Source of the DNA: Eledone cirrhosa
Taxonomy: Eukaryota
Direction: 5' to 3'
Assembly: GCA_964016885.1 (NCBI GenBank)
Contig: OZ024754.1
Location: forward strand, 30,256,001 to 30,320,000
Length of the DNA: 64,000 bases
Of the stretch, positions 11,876 to 25,919 are shown piece after piece. Each line of letters starts with the position of its first letter. Positions within the stretch are counted from its first letter, which is position 1. Under the pieces are notes generated by a model. That model saw only the letters and a program-made list of their open reading frames with translations. It was not told the DNA's origin and ran no database searches. The translations under genes and the position numbers were made by a program.

Positions 11876-13477
11876 ATGTTTTTATATATATATACATATA
11901 ATATGTTTATATATATATCATCATCATCGTTTAACGTCTATCTTCCACGCTAGCATGGGTTAGACGGGAATAGTCCCACTTGAGGCAAGATTGATCGGGT
12001 GATCGTGTCTCGCTCGTATACCACTGTATCTGACAGGTTTTCTATGGCTGGATGCCCTTCCTAACTCCAACCACATTTACAGTATGGATATATATATATA
12101 TATATAATATGTTTATATATATATATATATATAATATGTTTATATATATATATATAATATGTTTATATATATATAAAATATGCTTATATATATATATGCT
12201 TCCGTGCAAGCGAGGCACAGTCTCCCGACCATTCCCACATCAAATGGAACAAAACCGTCTAACTCATGCTAGCATGGAGGATGGACGTTAAATGATGATG
12301 ATGATGATGATGATGATGTATGTGTGTGTGTGTGTGTGTTAAATGTATATGTTAAATTAAGTGTAGATATAACTATAATCTTTTGTTTCTTTTTAAGGTT
12401 CTTATATCAAATTATGTTGAAAGGATTTAATTTAATCAGGAACCCTTTAAAATGAGTGGCTTTGTTTCATTGATCCAGTGGCAGTTTTAAGGTGGGTTGG
12501 TATCAATAGAGTTAAGGTGGGGTGCCAAATGTGCATTTACCCCCAGGGCCATGAGTATCTATCTTTTCTTTGTCAGTGATACCCAGTCAAGACTGACCTG
12601 GGGCTAAATAACGAAAAACTGTGTTCATTTCCCAGCTGTAACCAATGACAATACCTTTTTACCTGTCATCAATTGATCTGAGGCCACGTATCAATATAAA
12701 GAAATCAATATTAAAGTGACCTGCATCATAAATCTATTTCTGTTGCCACATTTGATGTATGCGTGTCAGTTAAATTCATTGATTCCTTAACGTCCTGTAC
12801 CACATGATATCACATTAGTAAAATATTTTTTCAAAAGTATAAAACAGAACTATGACTGTATCACATTAAACATCTTTTTAAAAACACTTACTCTAATATT
12901 GCAGCAGCTTTGGCCTATTAGTAAACATGAAAATAGAATTTATGGAACCTTATAAATACAATACACAAAAATATACAATCAAAGCGAAAAAAAAAAACCA
13001 TCCTTTCAACACTAAGTGCATCAATCAGTCACACATCACAAAGGGGCCTTGGAACCTCGCTCTAATACTTTTTGAGGCAAGCCAACATGCTCACAGCATT
13101 ATCTAGGTGATGGCGAGGCTAAGGTACTGAAACAACCAAGCACCTGCAAGCTGCAAATGATAACAAGAACTTCCCTGTCAGCGACCCAGCACTCCCAAAC
13201 GTTTCAAATGCCACAGGCTGGAAGAAATAGTTTACCAATAAGTCCCAGTACTTTAGACCTTTTAATTTAGAAACCTGTTTCTTTTAGACATTTTTTCTTC
13301 TAAGCCTTTTTAGACCATTTGTCCCCTCCACTCCCTAGTCATACATTCATGTTATGTGACAGACGGACAAAAAGGCTGTACAGTTATTATAATATAAATT
13401 CACTCATTTTCATCTTATATAAAATATTGACACAGATCCAAAGACTTGCTTTTTAGATCCACTTGCACTACATTCCA

Positions 13478-13570
13478 CCCCAATCTAATCTGTCGATCAT
13501 CTCCAGCCCCCAATCTAATCTGTCAATCATCTCCAGGTCCCTTGAATCTAATCTGTTGATCATCCACAGG
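13478..13570. repeat. About 30-bp tandem repeat, three copies
   Basis: AATCTAATCTGT(C/T)(G/A)ATCATC recurs three times. Confidence 0.8.
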
Positions 13571-13736
13571 GCTTCCTTTAAATGTAATAAGAAGCAAGAG
13601 GAATATTTTCTATTTCTATTTTATGAAGGAATGTCGAAGATATGTATGTATGTAAAAGGTAAACAAATAACAACACAATCGGTACAGTATATGGAAGGAA
13701 TATATTAGGTTAACATTTGAAATAGCAGGAAGAGGG

Positions 13737-13772
13737 TCTTAACGTTTCAGACGCTAGTCCTTCATCAGAAGA
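13737..13772 (-). ncRNA. Minimal type-I hammerhead ribozyme (Penelope-like)
   Basis: Minus strand TCTT-CTGATGA-A-GGAC(TAGC)GTCT-GAAA-CG-TT-AAGA: 4-bp stem I, 4-bp stem II, palindromic AACGTT stem III region. Confidence 0.75.
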
Positions 13773-14078
13773 AAGAATTAGAAAGATTGAAGGGACGTAT
13801 GGGATGTGTATATATATATATGTATATACATATATATATACCAAACCCATGCAAGCGTGGAATATGAACGTTAAACGATGATGATGATGATATACATATG
13901 TATATAGATACATATATATATATACATGGTGGCTGCCAACTCGTTTTCGAGTACGGCCACTACTTTATATATATACATACATACATATATACATACATAT
14001 ATATATACATATATATATATACATATATATACATACATACATATATATATACATACATATATAAACATACGTACATAT

Positions 14079-14111
<33 letters not shown>

Positions 14112-14178
14112 TATATATACATATGTACATATATACATACATACATATATATATACATACATATATATATATATATAT

Positions 14179-14790
14179 ATGGTGGCTGCCAACTCGTTTT
14201 CGAGTACGGCCACTACTTTATATCCATGTAGGAGAACCCCTACCGATGCGCTGAACGAGTGTGACGTTTTAGTCCAGCCAGCGACTTGAAAACTCTGGTA
14301 CAAACACTACACTTGTGACAATTCTTGACACACAGTGCTGGGCCCATGGTACCATGTGACGACAAGTGCAGAGAGATCTCCAGATATAAAGAAATGCCTG
14401 TGTCGTGAAGCTATTATAGTGAGCAAAGGCACTGCACAAAGCCAGTCCCACTCTCTTAACCAAGATGATATTTACCAAAAAGAAGAACAAGTCAACATCA
14501 TTGGATACCATCAGGGTTGCAGGTGTTATATCAGAGTTTTCCTTCTCCTAGAATTCTGCCTTGACAAAGGCTAAGGGGTCATCTCTCCCGGTGATTTTGG
14601 ATGGCCATTGACTCTTAAGAGCTCCTTTGCCCTTTGACAGGTTTTGTTTTTAGTCCTGCAGGATGTCCAAAGTCACCCTCCTCACCAAGAAAGCTTGGTG
14701 GGGTTGCCAGTTTAGTTGCCAACAACCCGACCATGGGACCGGTTGTACTGGGATACATGTTACCAGTAGCACCAAGTGGTGACCTGACAT
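14179..14790 (-). mobile_element. Non-coding short element related to 20092-20450; its terminal 40 bp are duplicated at 13926-13967
   Basis: Both copies start ATGTCAGGTC, share ACTGGTAACATGTA.CCCAGTA and GGCAACCCCACCAAGCTT, and end GCAGCCA(C/T)CAT inside TA/TACA tracts. Confidence 0.7.
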
Positions 14791-15490
14791 ATATACATAC
14801 ATATATACATACATAAATACATACATACATATATACATATATATATATATGTACATACATATATATATCATCATCGTTTAACGTCCATCTTCCACGCTAA
14901 TGAGTTAGACAGTTTTGTTCCATTTGATGCGGGAATGGTCGGGAGAGCGTGTCTCTAGCAGGTTTTTTACAAATATATATATATCATAAATGTGGAAATG
15001 GTATATGTATGTGTATGAATGTATATGTATATGTGTCACATATATATATATTTATACATATATCGGGAACATACATATACATACATACATCATCATCGTC
15101 ATACGTCCACTTTTTCCTGCTTGCAAGGTTGGGACATATATATACACACATATCATCATCATCATCATCATCATCATCATCGTTTAACGTCCATCTTCCA
15201 CGCTTGCATGGGTTTGGACGGGAGTTTTCCCACTTGAGGCAAGAGTGGTTGTCTTGCTCGCATAGGACTGTCTGGCGGGTTTTCTACGGCTGCATGCCCT
15301 TCCTAACACCAACCACATTTACAGTGTGGAACTGAATATATATATATATCTGATTTTTAATGCGATGAAATACCAATGATGGTTGGAAAATCACTGACGA
15401 AGGACTATTTTTATCATATGTAACCCATGTGCAAACCACGCAGTATTCTTATTTCTTCTCATGTGTATATATATATATATATATATACAT

Positions 15491-15547
<57 letters not shown>

Positions 15548-15645
15548 TAATTATATAAAGTACAATCATACATAGACATACACACACATACATATAAACA
15601 CACACACACACACACATAAACACACACACACACATATATATATAT

Positions 15646-16049
<404 letters not shown>

Positions 16050-16051
16050 TT

Positions 16052-16362
16052 GGAGGCACATGGCTTAGTGGTTAGAGCATTGGCCTTGCAATCGAAAGGT
16101 TGTGAGTTCAATTCTCAGACCGGGTGATGTGTTGTTTCCTTGAGCAAGACATTTTATTTCACATTGCTCCAGTTTACTCAGCTGTACTCATTCCACTGCA
16201 AAGTGGGCGTGGAGGTGCCATGGCAAAAAAGCACCCAGTACTCACTGTAAATGAGGTTCGTGTTAGGAAGGGCATCCAGCTGTAGAAATCAAGCCAGTAT
16301 CAGTTCCCGTCCCACCCTTGCAAGCAGGGAAAAAGCGGACGTAAAATTAAATTAAATGATGA
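16052..16362 (+). mobile_element. SINE family A with an internal deletion
   Basis: Near-identical to 4015-4358 but lacks the AGAAATGAGATGATAGGGACTGGGGTCC segment. Confidence 0.9.
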
Positions 16363-16384
16363 CACATACATATAAGAATTACAT

Positions 16385-16500
16385 ATTTGTTTCTACGTTA
16401 GGCACAAGGCCAGCAATTACCCAGTGCATTACTGGTACTTTATTTTATCGACCCCGTAAGGATGAAAGGCAAAGTTAACCTCGGCGGAATTTGAATTACA
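16385..16500 (-). mobile_element. SINE family B fragment
   Basis: Reverse complement of TTCAAATTCCGCCGAGGTTAACTTTGCCTTTCATCCTTACGGGGTCGATAAAATAAAGTACCAG; copies near 21105-21255, 26080-26195, 34710-34865 and 35905-36062; resemblance to the Meta-SINE domain is from memory. Confidence 0.8.
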
Positions 16501-17499
16501 TAATGCCACATTATCAAGCCACTTTTGATATGCTTTAGATTGATCCGACCAAGTCATGATTCATTCATTCTTTTCTTTTATTCTATTATATTTATTGTTA
16601 AAATTCTATAGAATAGTTAATCCTATATTTTATTTATTGTTAAAAGACTATATATTATGTGGTTTCAAATTAAAATGACACAGCTCACACCTCTGCAGGT
16701 CTAGGTGACCCCCCCCCCCTACCCCCACCTGTTGCATGGTTACATTCAATAGATTTCTCAAATTTTTAATGATAGGGGCCACACCTATGTTGGTTACATC
16801 TCATAGAAGGTTTCTCAGATGCCTTAACATGTTGTCGTGTGTGGGTGGGTGGGTGTGCATGTGTACGACAGGGTTATAGCCAAGTCTAAGGTGTTGGAAT
16901 AGCCAAGCGCACCTCCACCAACATCAACTGATACTTCAGTAAGGTAAGCGGCCAATAACAGAAACCTGCTTGTGTGTGTGAACAAACCTTGAATCACATG
17001 CACTAACACACACATTAGTGTTTGCTGTTGTAGTCCAACAAATACTTCCGTCATCTTGTAGTTATGCGATACATTTGTCAAAGCACTGAGATGGAAGACA
17101 TCAGTAATTTTTAAGGCATTATATAAACATAAAAGCTATTAGATTCTTCAAAAAAAGCGAATGAATAATGTGAAGGAGAAAGAAAAGAGTGTGTAGAGAT
17201 GGAGGAAGTGAAACTGTTTCAAGGCCATGTCTTAGAAAAACTGTCACCTCCAACACAGACATTGTCTCCTTGACTGCGATGAGGTCCACTTAAACATACA
17301 CACACACAGACAGACACAGAAATAGCCACCAACATACTTAGCCGTCACCATGACAAAGATAAGTCACTTTGGTTGACAAATGTGAGAAAGTAGCTCTGCA
17401 TGTTTTCTAAAGGAATAATACTAAGGACATTAATGAAGAATTTTGAGGGATTTACCAAAATTATTAATTATTTTGTTACTAAGATAGTAAATTAACATA

Positions 17500-17760
17500 T
17501 GGTTCTTATATAAAAATGTATTGAGAGATTTTAATTCAAATAGGAACCTTTTAAAATGAGTGATTTTCTTTCATAGAACCAGAGCTCGTTTTGGCTGGGT
17601 TGTTATCAAAAGGGTTAAATAGGAACCCCATAAAATGGGTAGTTTTCTTTCATAGAACCAGAGCTGTTTTTGACTGGATTGATATGAAACAGGAATCTTT
17701 TAAAATGGGTAGTCTTATCTCATAGAACCAGAGCTGGTTTGGGGTGGGTATCATATCAAA
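17500..17760. repeat. About 70-80 bp degenerate tandem repeat, three copies; related to 12395-12520
   Basis: AAAATG(A/G)GT...TCATAGAACCAGAGCT recurs three times. Confidence 0.7.
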
Positions 17761-18914
17761 ATGGATAATCATTATAGTTATGGTTGTTAATCCACATGTC
17801 AGCTCTGGATGAGCAGGTACATCATTGATCAAAAGCCTTCCAGCCAGGGTCATCCCGTCTTTATAGAGTATCTATGAATACATTCAATATGTCCTCGAGA
17901 CAGTAGGGTGTGCTTTGAGGTAAGTCTGGCTACCATTTCTAGCAGATCAAGTGACCATGTAGACCAAACATGTGGGAACTCTTCACCAAATCTACATGTA
18001 AATATGTGGCTGCCATTTCTAGCAGTTTAAGTGATCACATGGAGGAACTCTTCACCTACTAAGAATCTCTCCAAAACAAAACAAAAGTAATGTTCAAGTC
18101 TTAATACTAAAACAGTAATTTAACATAAATTACATACGTATGTATGAATTCCTAAATTGAAAGATATGTCATTTTTCTCAGTACAGGTGTGTAAATCATA
18201 TTTACAATTCACCTCTGCTGCTAAATAGTTTCCTAATCACACACAACACTCCCTTCTTCATGTAGGTAACAAGATGTCTGCAAGAGTGTTTGATTATTCT
18301 AGTGTCTTAGCCTCGGTATCACCTGCAGCAATGCTGCAAATGTGTTGGCTTACCTCAGAAATGATTAGAACACTCCTGTGCTCCTTGTGGTATGTGATTA
18401 ATTGCATGGGTATTCTCTTTATATATATATATAGTTCAGGGATTGTAAACTTAATGAAAAGCTGACACGTTGTCCACACTTATTAATTATATGTATATCA
18501 TCATCATCATCATCATTTAACGTCTATCTTCCACGCTAGCATGGGTTTATATGGTAATATGGCATGAAAGATTGGAAAACATTATTTTTTGTAATATATC
18601 AAATCAAAATTACATTATTAAATCTTATTCTTATTTTGTTTCTTGTAAATAATTTTTTTCAAAATATCAATTCAAAACTGTTGTGAATAGGCATCAAATC
18701 TTGTCATTTACTATGGTTTAAATTTCATATACACCGAAGGGAAACATTTTTCAGCGGGAGTTTGTGCCCCCCGGGGAACCCTTTGATTAAAATGAAATAT
18801 ACTTATCCAAGTACCCTGGGCAATGTAGTTTCAGAATATATATGGTTATGGGGGTCTATCTCCAAAATCATAGGAGGAGTTCGCGAACAAACAAACAGAC
18901 AGGAACTACAAGTT

Positions 18915-18943
18915 TATATATATAGATATATATACATACACAA

Positions 18944-19006
<63 letters not shown>

Positions 19007-19530
19007 CATATATATACATATATACACATACATACATATATATATACATACATACATACATATATATACATACATATACATACATACATATATATACATA
19101 TATACACATACATATACATACATACATATATATACATATACATCCATATATATATGCATACATATATATATATATATATACATCGATATATATACATATA
19201 TATACATACGATATATATACATATATATACATACATATATATATATATACATATATATACATGCATACATATATATACAGATATATATATACATGCATAC
19301 ATATATACATATATATGCATACATATATATACACACATGCATACATATACATATATTCATACATATATATATATACATGCATACATATACATATATATTC
19401 TTTTACCTGTTCCAGCCATCCGGCCGAGGTCATGCTGGGGTATATATATATATATATACATACACACATATATATACATACGTACATACACACACATACT
19501 CACATATATATACACATATATATACATATA
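18915..19530. repeat. (TA)n/(TACA)n compound microsatellite
   Basis: Directly visible; similar tracts at 13890-14180, 15900-16050, 22835-23280 and 25555-25920. Confidence 0.95.
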
Positions 19531-19532
19531 TT

Positions 19533-19680
19533 CTAAGGCGGGTAAAATTCCCGAGATCCATGGACGAGTTCTCCAGCGGTCTCTGTCCCTCATTATCGCT
19601 GCCATGTCCTGCGTCTCCAACAGACCAGTGTCTGTCCTTAGGGCATCAACATACGTTAACCTTGGTCTTCCTCTTCTAGT
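19533..19680 (-). mobile_element. 3' end fragment of RTE-like LINE family 2
   Basis: Nearly identical to 26205-26342. Confidence 0.85.
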
Positions 19681-19689
19681 GTATATATA

Positions 19690-20032
19690 TCATCATCATC
19701 ATCATTTCATTTTACGTCCGCTTTTCCCTGCTTGCAAAGGTCGGACGGGAACTAATTCTGGCTTGATTTCTACAGCTGGATGCCCTTCCTAACACCAACC
19801 TCATTTACAGTGAGTGCTGGGTGCTTTTTTGCCGTGGCACCTCCACGACCACTTTGCAGTGGAATGATAGGGACTGGGGTCCCTATCATCTCATTTCTAC
19901 AGCTGAGTAAACTGGAGCAATGTGAAATAAAGTGTCTTGCTCAAGGAAACAACACATCACCCGGTCTGAGAATTGAACTCACAACCTTTCGATTGCAAGG
20001 CCAATGCTCTAACCACTAAGCCATGTGCCTCC
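19690..20032 (-). mobile_element. SINE family A, full length
   Basis: Reverse complement of the 4015-4358 sequence. Confidence 0.9.
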
Positions 20033-20091
20033 ATCATATATGTATATCTATGTGTATATATATTTGTATATATATCTGTATATATATATTT

Positions 20092-20450
20092 ATGTCAGGT
20101 CGCTCTCGAGTTTTACTGGTAACATGTAACCCAGTATAACCTGAATTTACTGGTAACATGTAACCCAGTATAACCTGAATCATGGTCGGGTCGTCGACTA
20201 AACCGGCAACCCCACCAAGCTTGCTTAGGAGGGTGATATTTGGATACCCTGCGAGATGAAATACAAGACCCGGCAAGGGCGAGGAACTCAGCAGAGTCAA
20301 CCGCCACCCAAATAGTACTTTGGGAGACGGGGGGGGGGGGTCACCTGGGAGTGAAAAGTCACCAGTTGTTGTCACAACACCTAAGAGAGGGAAACTTTGA
20401 AAAATAAACCTTGTGATTGCAATACTCTTAGCAGAGTTTGCAGCCATCAT
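20092..20450 (+). mobile_element. Non-coding short element related to 14179-14790
   Basis: Shared termini and internal blocks; internal tandem duplication of TTTACTGGTAACATGTAACCCAGTATAACCTGAA. Confidence 0.7.
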
Positions 20451-21991
20451 GATATATACATACATATATATATATATACATAAATATATATACATATATA
20501 CATACGTACATGCACACACATATATATATATAAACATCTTATACAAAATCACCAACGAGTAGATCGTAGTAAAGTAATCTAAAACAAGAAAACTTCACAA
20601 GCATCTTACCCCTAAGAGTAGAGACTCTTAATTAAGCAAACTAAAGCTATTATATAGATTGTGGTTACTTTTTTGTAAATAAAACTAACCACCGACAACA
20701 CAAAACCATTTTGATTTTTGAACTTCTTTTTACAAATCAACAGTATCAATGGTTACGTTCTTTATAAGATCAATTTTCTAACAGAAGGAACCACAAATGA
20801 TTCATTTTATTTCACTATTGATACGTTTCCATATTTAATCACCAATAAAAAAGAGATGAGACAAATAACTTGATATGGACAGCCGACATTAAGCAAAAGT
20901 ATAAACACCTGCCCGACATTAACCAAAAACAAATGCATGGTTATGATTTTAAAATGGCATAGTTAGTAGTAGACATGGTGGGAATGTATGTATGTATGTA
21001 TGTATTCTTCAGAGCAATTGTAACAAAAACAACGCTGATGGAGGAAGCTACTATATTTAGATTCAACGGGAAATTGATATATTAGCAAATCGGTAGAGGG
21101 TCGGACGCCATGCTTTGCAGCAGAGAGTTACGGTCCTTTACGGCCAAAACCCGCCGAGGTTAACTTTGCCTTTCATCCTTACAGGGTCGATAAAATAAAG
21201 TACTAGTAATGCACTAGGATAATTGCTGGCCTTGTGCCAAAAGAAGAAACAATTATATTAATAATCAACAGTGGTGAAATAGAATAATAATAATAATTAT
21301 TATAGTGGAGGGTGGTAGTGAGAGAGACAGCCACACTAGCAATTGTCATATTAATAAATCAACATTGCTATGTAATAACGATAAGGGCTTCTAATTTAGA
21401 CACAAGGTCAGAAAGCTAAAGGGAAGAGGAAAGGCGACTGAAGCAATCCGAATATATAACTGGTATTTTATTTTATAGATCCCCTCGGAAAGATGAATTC
21501 GACGTTGGCAGGGTTTGATCTTAGAAAAGTCAAGTATTTTAGCCAAGCTCTAACCATTCTGCCAATCGACTTCTCTATGGAAGGTAGTAAGAGTGAGAGA
21601 GAAAAAAAAATAGTTACAGTGACACACAAGTTTTTAGCTAGTGACATTTAGGAAGTTTGGCAGGCATAATTATTATTTCATTTCAACACCGGATACATGT
21701 GAAGGATGTCACGGGGGTAGACGTAACCGAACTGAGAATGGTGGAATTGGGGAGGTTATGTTTAACTCAGGTCAGCTCTGACAGAGAACAAACAATAGAG
21801 AAGGACCTAGTCGTGTCGAGCCCTTCCAAACACTGCCACCCTTAAATTCGGCAAATAAAACTGTATTCTCTGCTCACATGTATTGAGTGCTCATTCAGCC
21901 TAATGTATGAACGTTTTAAGTAAACTTAAACATAAAGCATATGTATATATATATATACATATATATATATGTGTGTGTGTCTGTGTAGGCT

Positions 21992-22298
21992 TTCCTGATG
22001 ATTTCCCCCAAATGAAACAGTTCTAGTCCTGTATTATCCATTTCTATATTAAAAATTTACACTCTGCTATGTATTGAATACCTTACATACTGTGGTTACC
22101 CCCGATCGATTGAACTCGGCATACACACACACATATATACATTATATATATATATATATATGGTTCCCCGAGTTGTGAAGGGGTAACCACAGTCTTAAAT
22201 AAGGTACTCAATACGTTGGTAGATTATAGGCATCTTTATCATATATAGGAATGACATTTACAGGACAACTGTTTCATTCGTATGAAATCATCAGGAAT
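21992..22298. mobile_element. Diverged fold-back element with hammerhead-like cores at both outer ends
   Basis: TTCCTGATGATTTC/GAAATCATCAGGAA, ATGAAACAGTT/AACTGTTTCAT, GTATTGAATACCTTA/TAAGGTACTCAATAC, CTGTGGTTACCCC/GGGGTAACCACAG; homologous fragment at 5604-5670. Confidence 0.75.
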
Positions 22299-22314
22299 GT
22301 ATGTATGTATATGA

Positions 22315-22368
<54 letters not shown>

Positions 22369-22832
22369 TATATAGGTGTATGAATGGGCGTGTGTACGTT
22401 TGATACAGAGTGAGAGGCGGTGTTTCAGCATTACTATGACTAAAACAAACACATACATACATACATGCACACACACTCATACATACATAAACATACACGC
22501 ACGTAAACAACTGTGTGTTGACATATAAAATAATAAAATACACATATACGTCCACGTCTATATAAACTAGCAACTACCAACTATGTACGTATATATGTAA
22601 TACAATCAGCAATTTGAATGAAAGTGGAGACAGAAAGAAGGAAAGAAAAGTGTTTTCTGACTATTTCTCTTTTGTTCGTGTGCAGACACGGCGATATTAA
22701 AGGCATGTGAATTATTCATCACCATATAATATTATTTATTGTGTTGGGTTTAGAATATAGAAATATGACGTTAACAGAATGACGGAAAATAATGCAATGT
22801 TTTACATATCTAACAAGTGTTTTAAAAATCAC

Positions 22833-22890
<58 letters not shown>

Positions 22891-22941
22891 TATATATATA
22901 AATATATATATATATAAATATAAATATATATATATATAAAT

Positions 22942-22974
<33 letters not shown>

Positions 22975-23067
22975 AATATATATATAAATATATATATATA
23001 TATAAATATAATATTAATTCAAATATTAACAAAATATTTATTCTTGTGATCAATTCAATCTACTGTA

Positions 23068-23125
<58 letters not shown>

Positions 23126-23213
23126 AATATATATATTTATATATATATAAATATATATATTTATATATATATAAATATATATATTTATATATATATAAAT
23201 ATATATATTTATT

Positions 23214-23245
<32 letters not shown>

Positions 23246-23440
23246 AATATATATATAAATATATATAAATATATTTATATAATTGTAGTACAATAAAGCA
23301 ATGCAGATATCGGATAAGAAGCACTCTACAGTTTGTAGGACTGGAGTATACATAATATATAAGATGTTGATTTAATATATATATATGTTGATTTAAAACT
23401 GCACTATCCACAAGTGTTTTTTAGCCTTCATATCATGTCC

Positions 23441-23520
23441 TCCTGTTTTATCTGATGAAAACACAAATATTATTGCATGATGATGTTTGTTTTTGAAATG
23501 TGCATAATAAAATACATGGA
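23441..23520 (+). ncRNA. Type-I hammerhead ribozyme with a long stem II
   Basis: TTTTAT-CTGATGA-AAACACAAATAT...ATGTTTGTTTTT-GAAA-TGTGCA-TA-ATAAAA: 6-bp stem I, about 12-bp stem II, near-palindromic stem III. Confidence 0.7.
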
Positions 23521-24838
23521 ACTCCTTTAACCATCTTTTGATCTTATATATTATATATATATATATATATATAAGGGAGAGAGCATTAGGTTTTTATATT
23601 GAAAGTATTTTTATGCATGGACACATACATACATACATAACTAGACATACATATATAGACAGATACACATACATACTTAGACAGACATACAAATACACAA
23701 ATATATAACTAGACTGACTAACTCACACACTCGCGCATACAAACACACACATGTACACATACAAACACATAACTACACATAGATATACACACACATGTAC
23801 ACAGACACACGCACACGTGCATACCAGACAGAGAAACATAAATATAGACACACAGTTTAAGAATGTGTGTGTACATTAAGATTTTCGACTGATAATATTT
23901 TTCATGAGGAATGTTATATATAAGATATAAAACTCATTACGTTTATGTGCAAATACAATCATTTGTTCATCTCATACTACAGACAGGTGTGTATACATAA
24001 GTACCGCTCTCTCCCAAATATATATATTTAGAGAGAGAACGAGACAGACAGGTAGAAGGAATAATCAATACATTGTTAATAAAATCAATCATATAATCAC
24101 CGTATATTCGATTACATAAGATATGAAATTTAATCAAAATTTATACATGAAACAAATTTACAATCAAAGTCCGTCATCAAATATTCATAACACATATATA
24201 TATATACATACACAAACATATATATATATATACACAGACACATATATACAAAAACGCACACTATATATATATATATGTGTGTGTACATACATATATACAT
24301 ACATATATACATGCATACATATATACATGCATACATACATACATACATACATATATTCGTATGTGTGTATGTTATGAATGTTTTACACAAAGATATATAA
24401 TCAAAAACCGACTTCAGACATTCATAATACACAAACACACTCGTACATACACACATACATACATACATATTCTTCACTTCAAATATTATCACCATACATT
24501 ATTACATTATTACACCTGAAAAAAAAAAACCTGAGGTATGTATATTAAAAAAAAAAAGATAAACGAAACAGAAAGCGTTGAATAAATTAAAATAAAATAA
24601 AATAAATGCATAAATAATGGATTCATTTCTAACAAAAAAAAACAAAAACATTGTACGTTGCTAGCCATATTTTTACAGGTAAAGGTAAAAAATTAATTGA
24701 TTAATTATTTAAATGAAATCTAAAATTAAGGAAGAAAAAAAATGGTGAGAAAAGGGTAGGAAATGGTTTAGTGGGAGAAATTGTTTTAGGATTTTTTATA
24801 TATATAGCACGGTGCCAGACAATTTTCTACAGACTTAC

Positions 24839-24875
24839 CGTCTGTCGGTCGTAAACAAGTTAGCAATCGTGACAT
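24839..24875 (-). other. Candidate short first coding exon segment MSRLLTCLRPTD ending at a consensus splice donor
   Basis: ATG at 24875 open to G|GTAAGT at 24838, within one of the few non-repeat islands; no homology recognised. Confidence 0.25.
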
Positions 24876-25384
24876 TAGAGAGAGGAGGTCCAATTAATAA
24901 TATAAACAATCAATTATTATTATTATTATTTGTTGTTGATGTTGATGTTGTTGCTGTTGTTTTGATCTCACTCTCTCTCTCTCTCTTTTTCTCTCTGCTA
25001 TTGACCTTTTTTCTTTCTTTTTTTTTATACTTCAGTCTTCTTGTTTCGATCCGATAAAATAAATAGATATATATATAATATATATTTATATTATATATAT
25101 AAACAGATACAGATATATATATATATATATTTAAAAAATAAATTCTTTAGATAAAGAATTGTTAAAATGAATTGTTAAAAGAAAGCAAAGGATGAGGTGC
25201 CAGTGAGAATCGGCTGAGAGAAATGTAATTTTGGATAACTCACTCTCTGAAATATAACAACTACTGTAGCTGAGATAGAGAGACTAAAAGGTGTGTTGTA
25301 GCAGTCGTATACAGTAGTGGTAGTAGTAGTAGTTGTAGTGTTGTCGGGGTACTTGCCCTGCTACTAATTAATGTATGTAGTGCA

Positions 25385-25480
25385 ATAGATGATGGGGGAC
25401 CAGTCAGGCTACAGGTTTTATATAGCACAGCAACATATTACTATAAATAGACAGTAGAAGTTCAACGTTGCCCATTGGTT
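25385..25480 (-). promoter_or_regulatory. Candidate Pol II promoter with CCAAT box, MEF2-like site and TATA box
   Basis: Minus strand CCAAT at 25478-25474, CTATAAATAG at 25441-25450, TATAAAA at 25422-25416, TCATCT near 25390; donor GTGAGT at 25243. Confidence 0.4.
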
Positions 25481-25780
25481 AACAACAAACTACCCCCATC
25501 CTCCTATACGCATGCATATACAGACATGCATACTCACATTTACATGTACACACACAATATATATACATATAATATTATGTATATATATATATATTTTCAT
25601 TTTATTATGTATATATATTATGTATATATATATATATATATTTTCATTTATATATATATATATATATGTATGTAAATATATATATATATATGTATGTATA
25701 TATATGTATATATATATATATGTATATATATATATAATATATACATACATATATACATACACGCACATATATATGTGTGT

Positions 25781-25825
<45 letters not shown>

Positions 25826-25885
25826 TATATATATGTCTATATATATATACATACATATATACATACACACACATATATATATATA

Positions 25886-25919
<34 letters not shown>

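Noticed and set aside
15394-15450. CTGACGAAGG hammerhead-like start
   Set aside because: No GAAA or closing stems downstream
18294-18400. Possible minus-strand splice signals (GAG|GTAAGC, CTGCAG|G)
   Set aside because: Implied intron is only about 30 nt with no polypyrimidine tract and no homology
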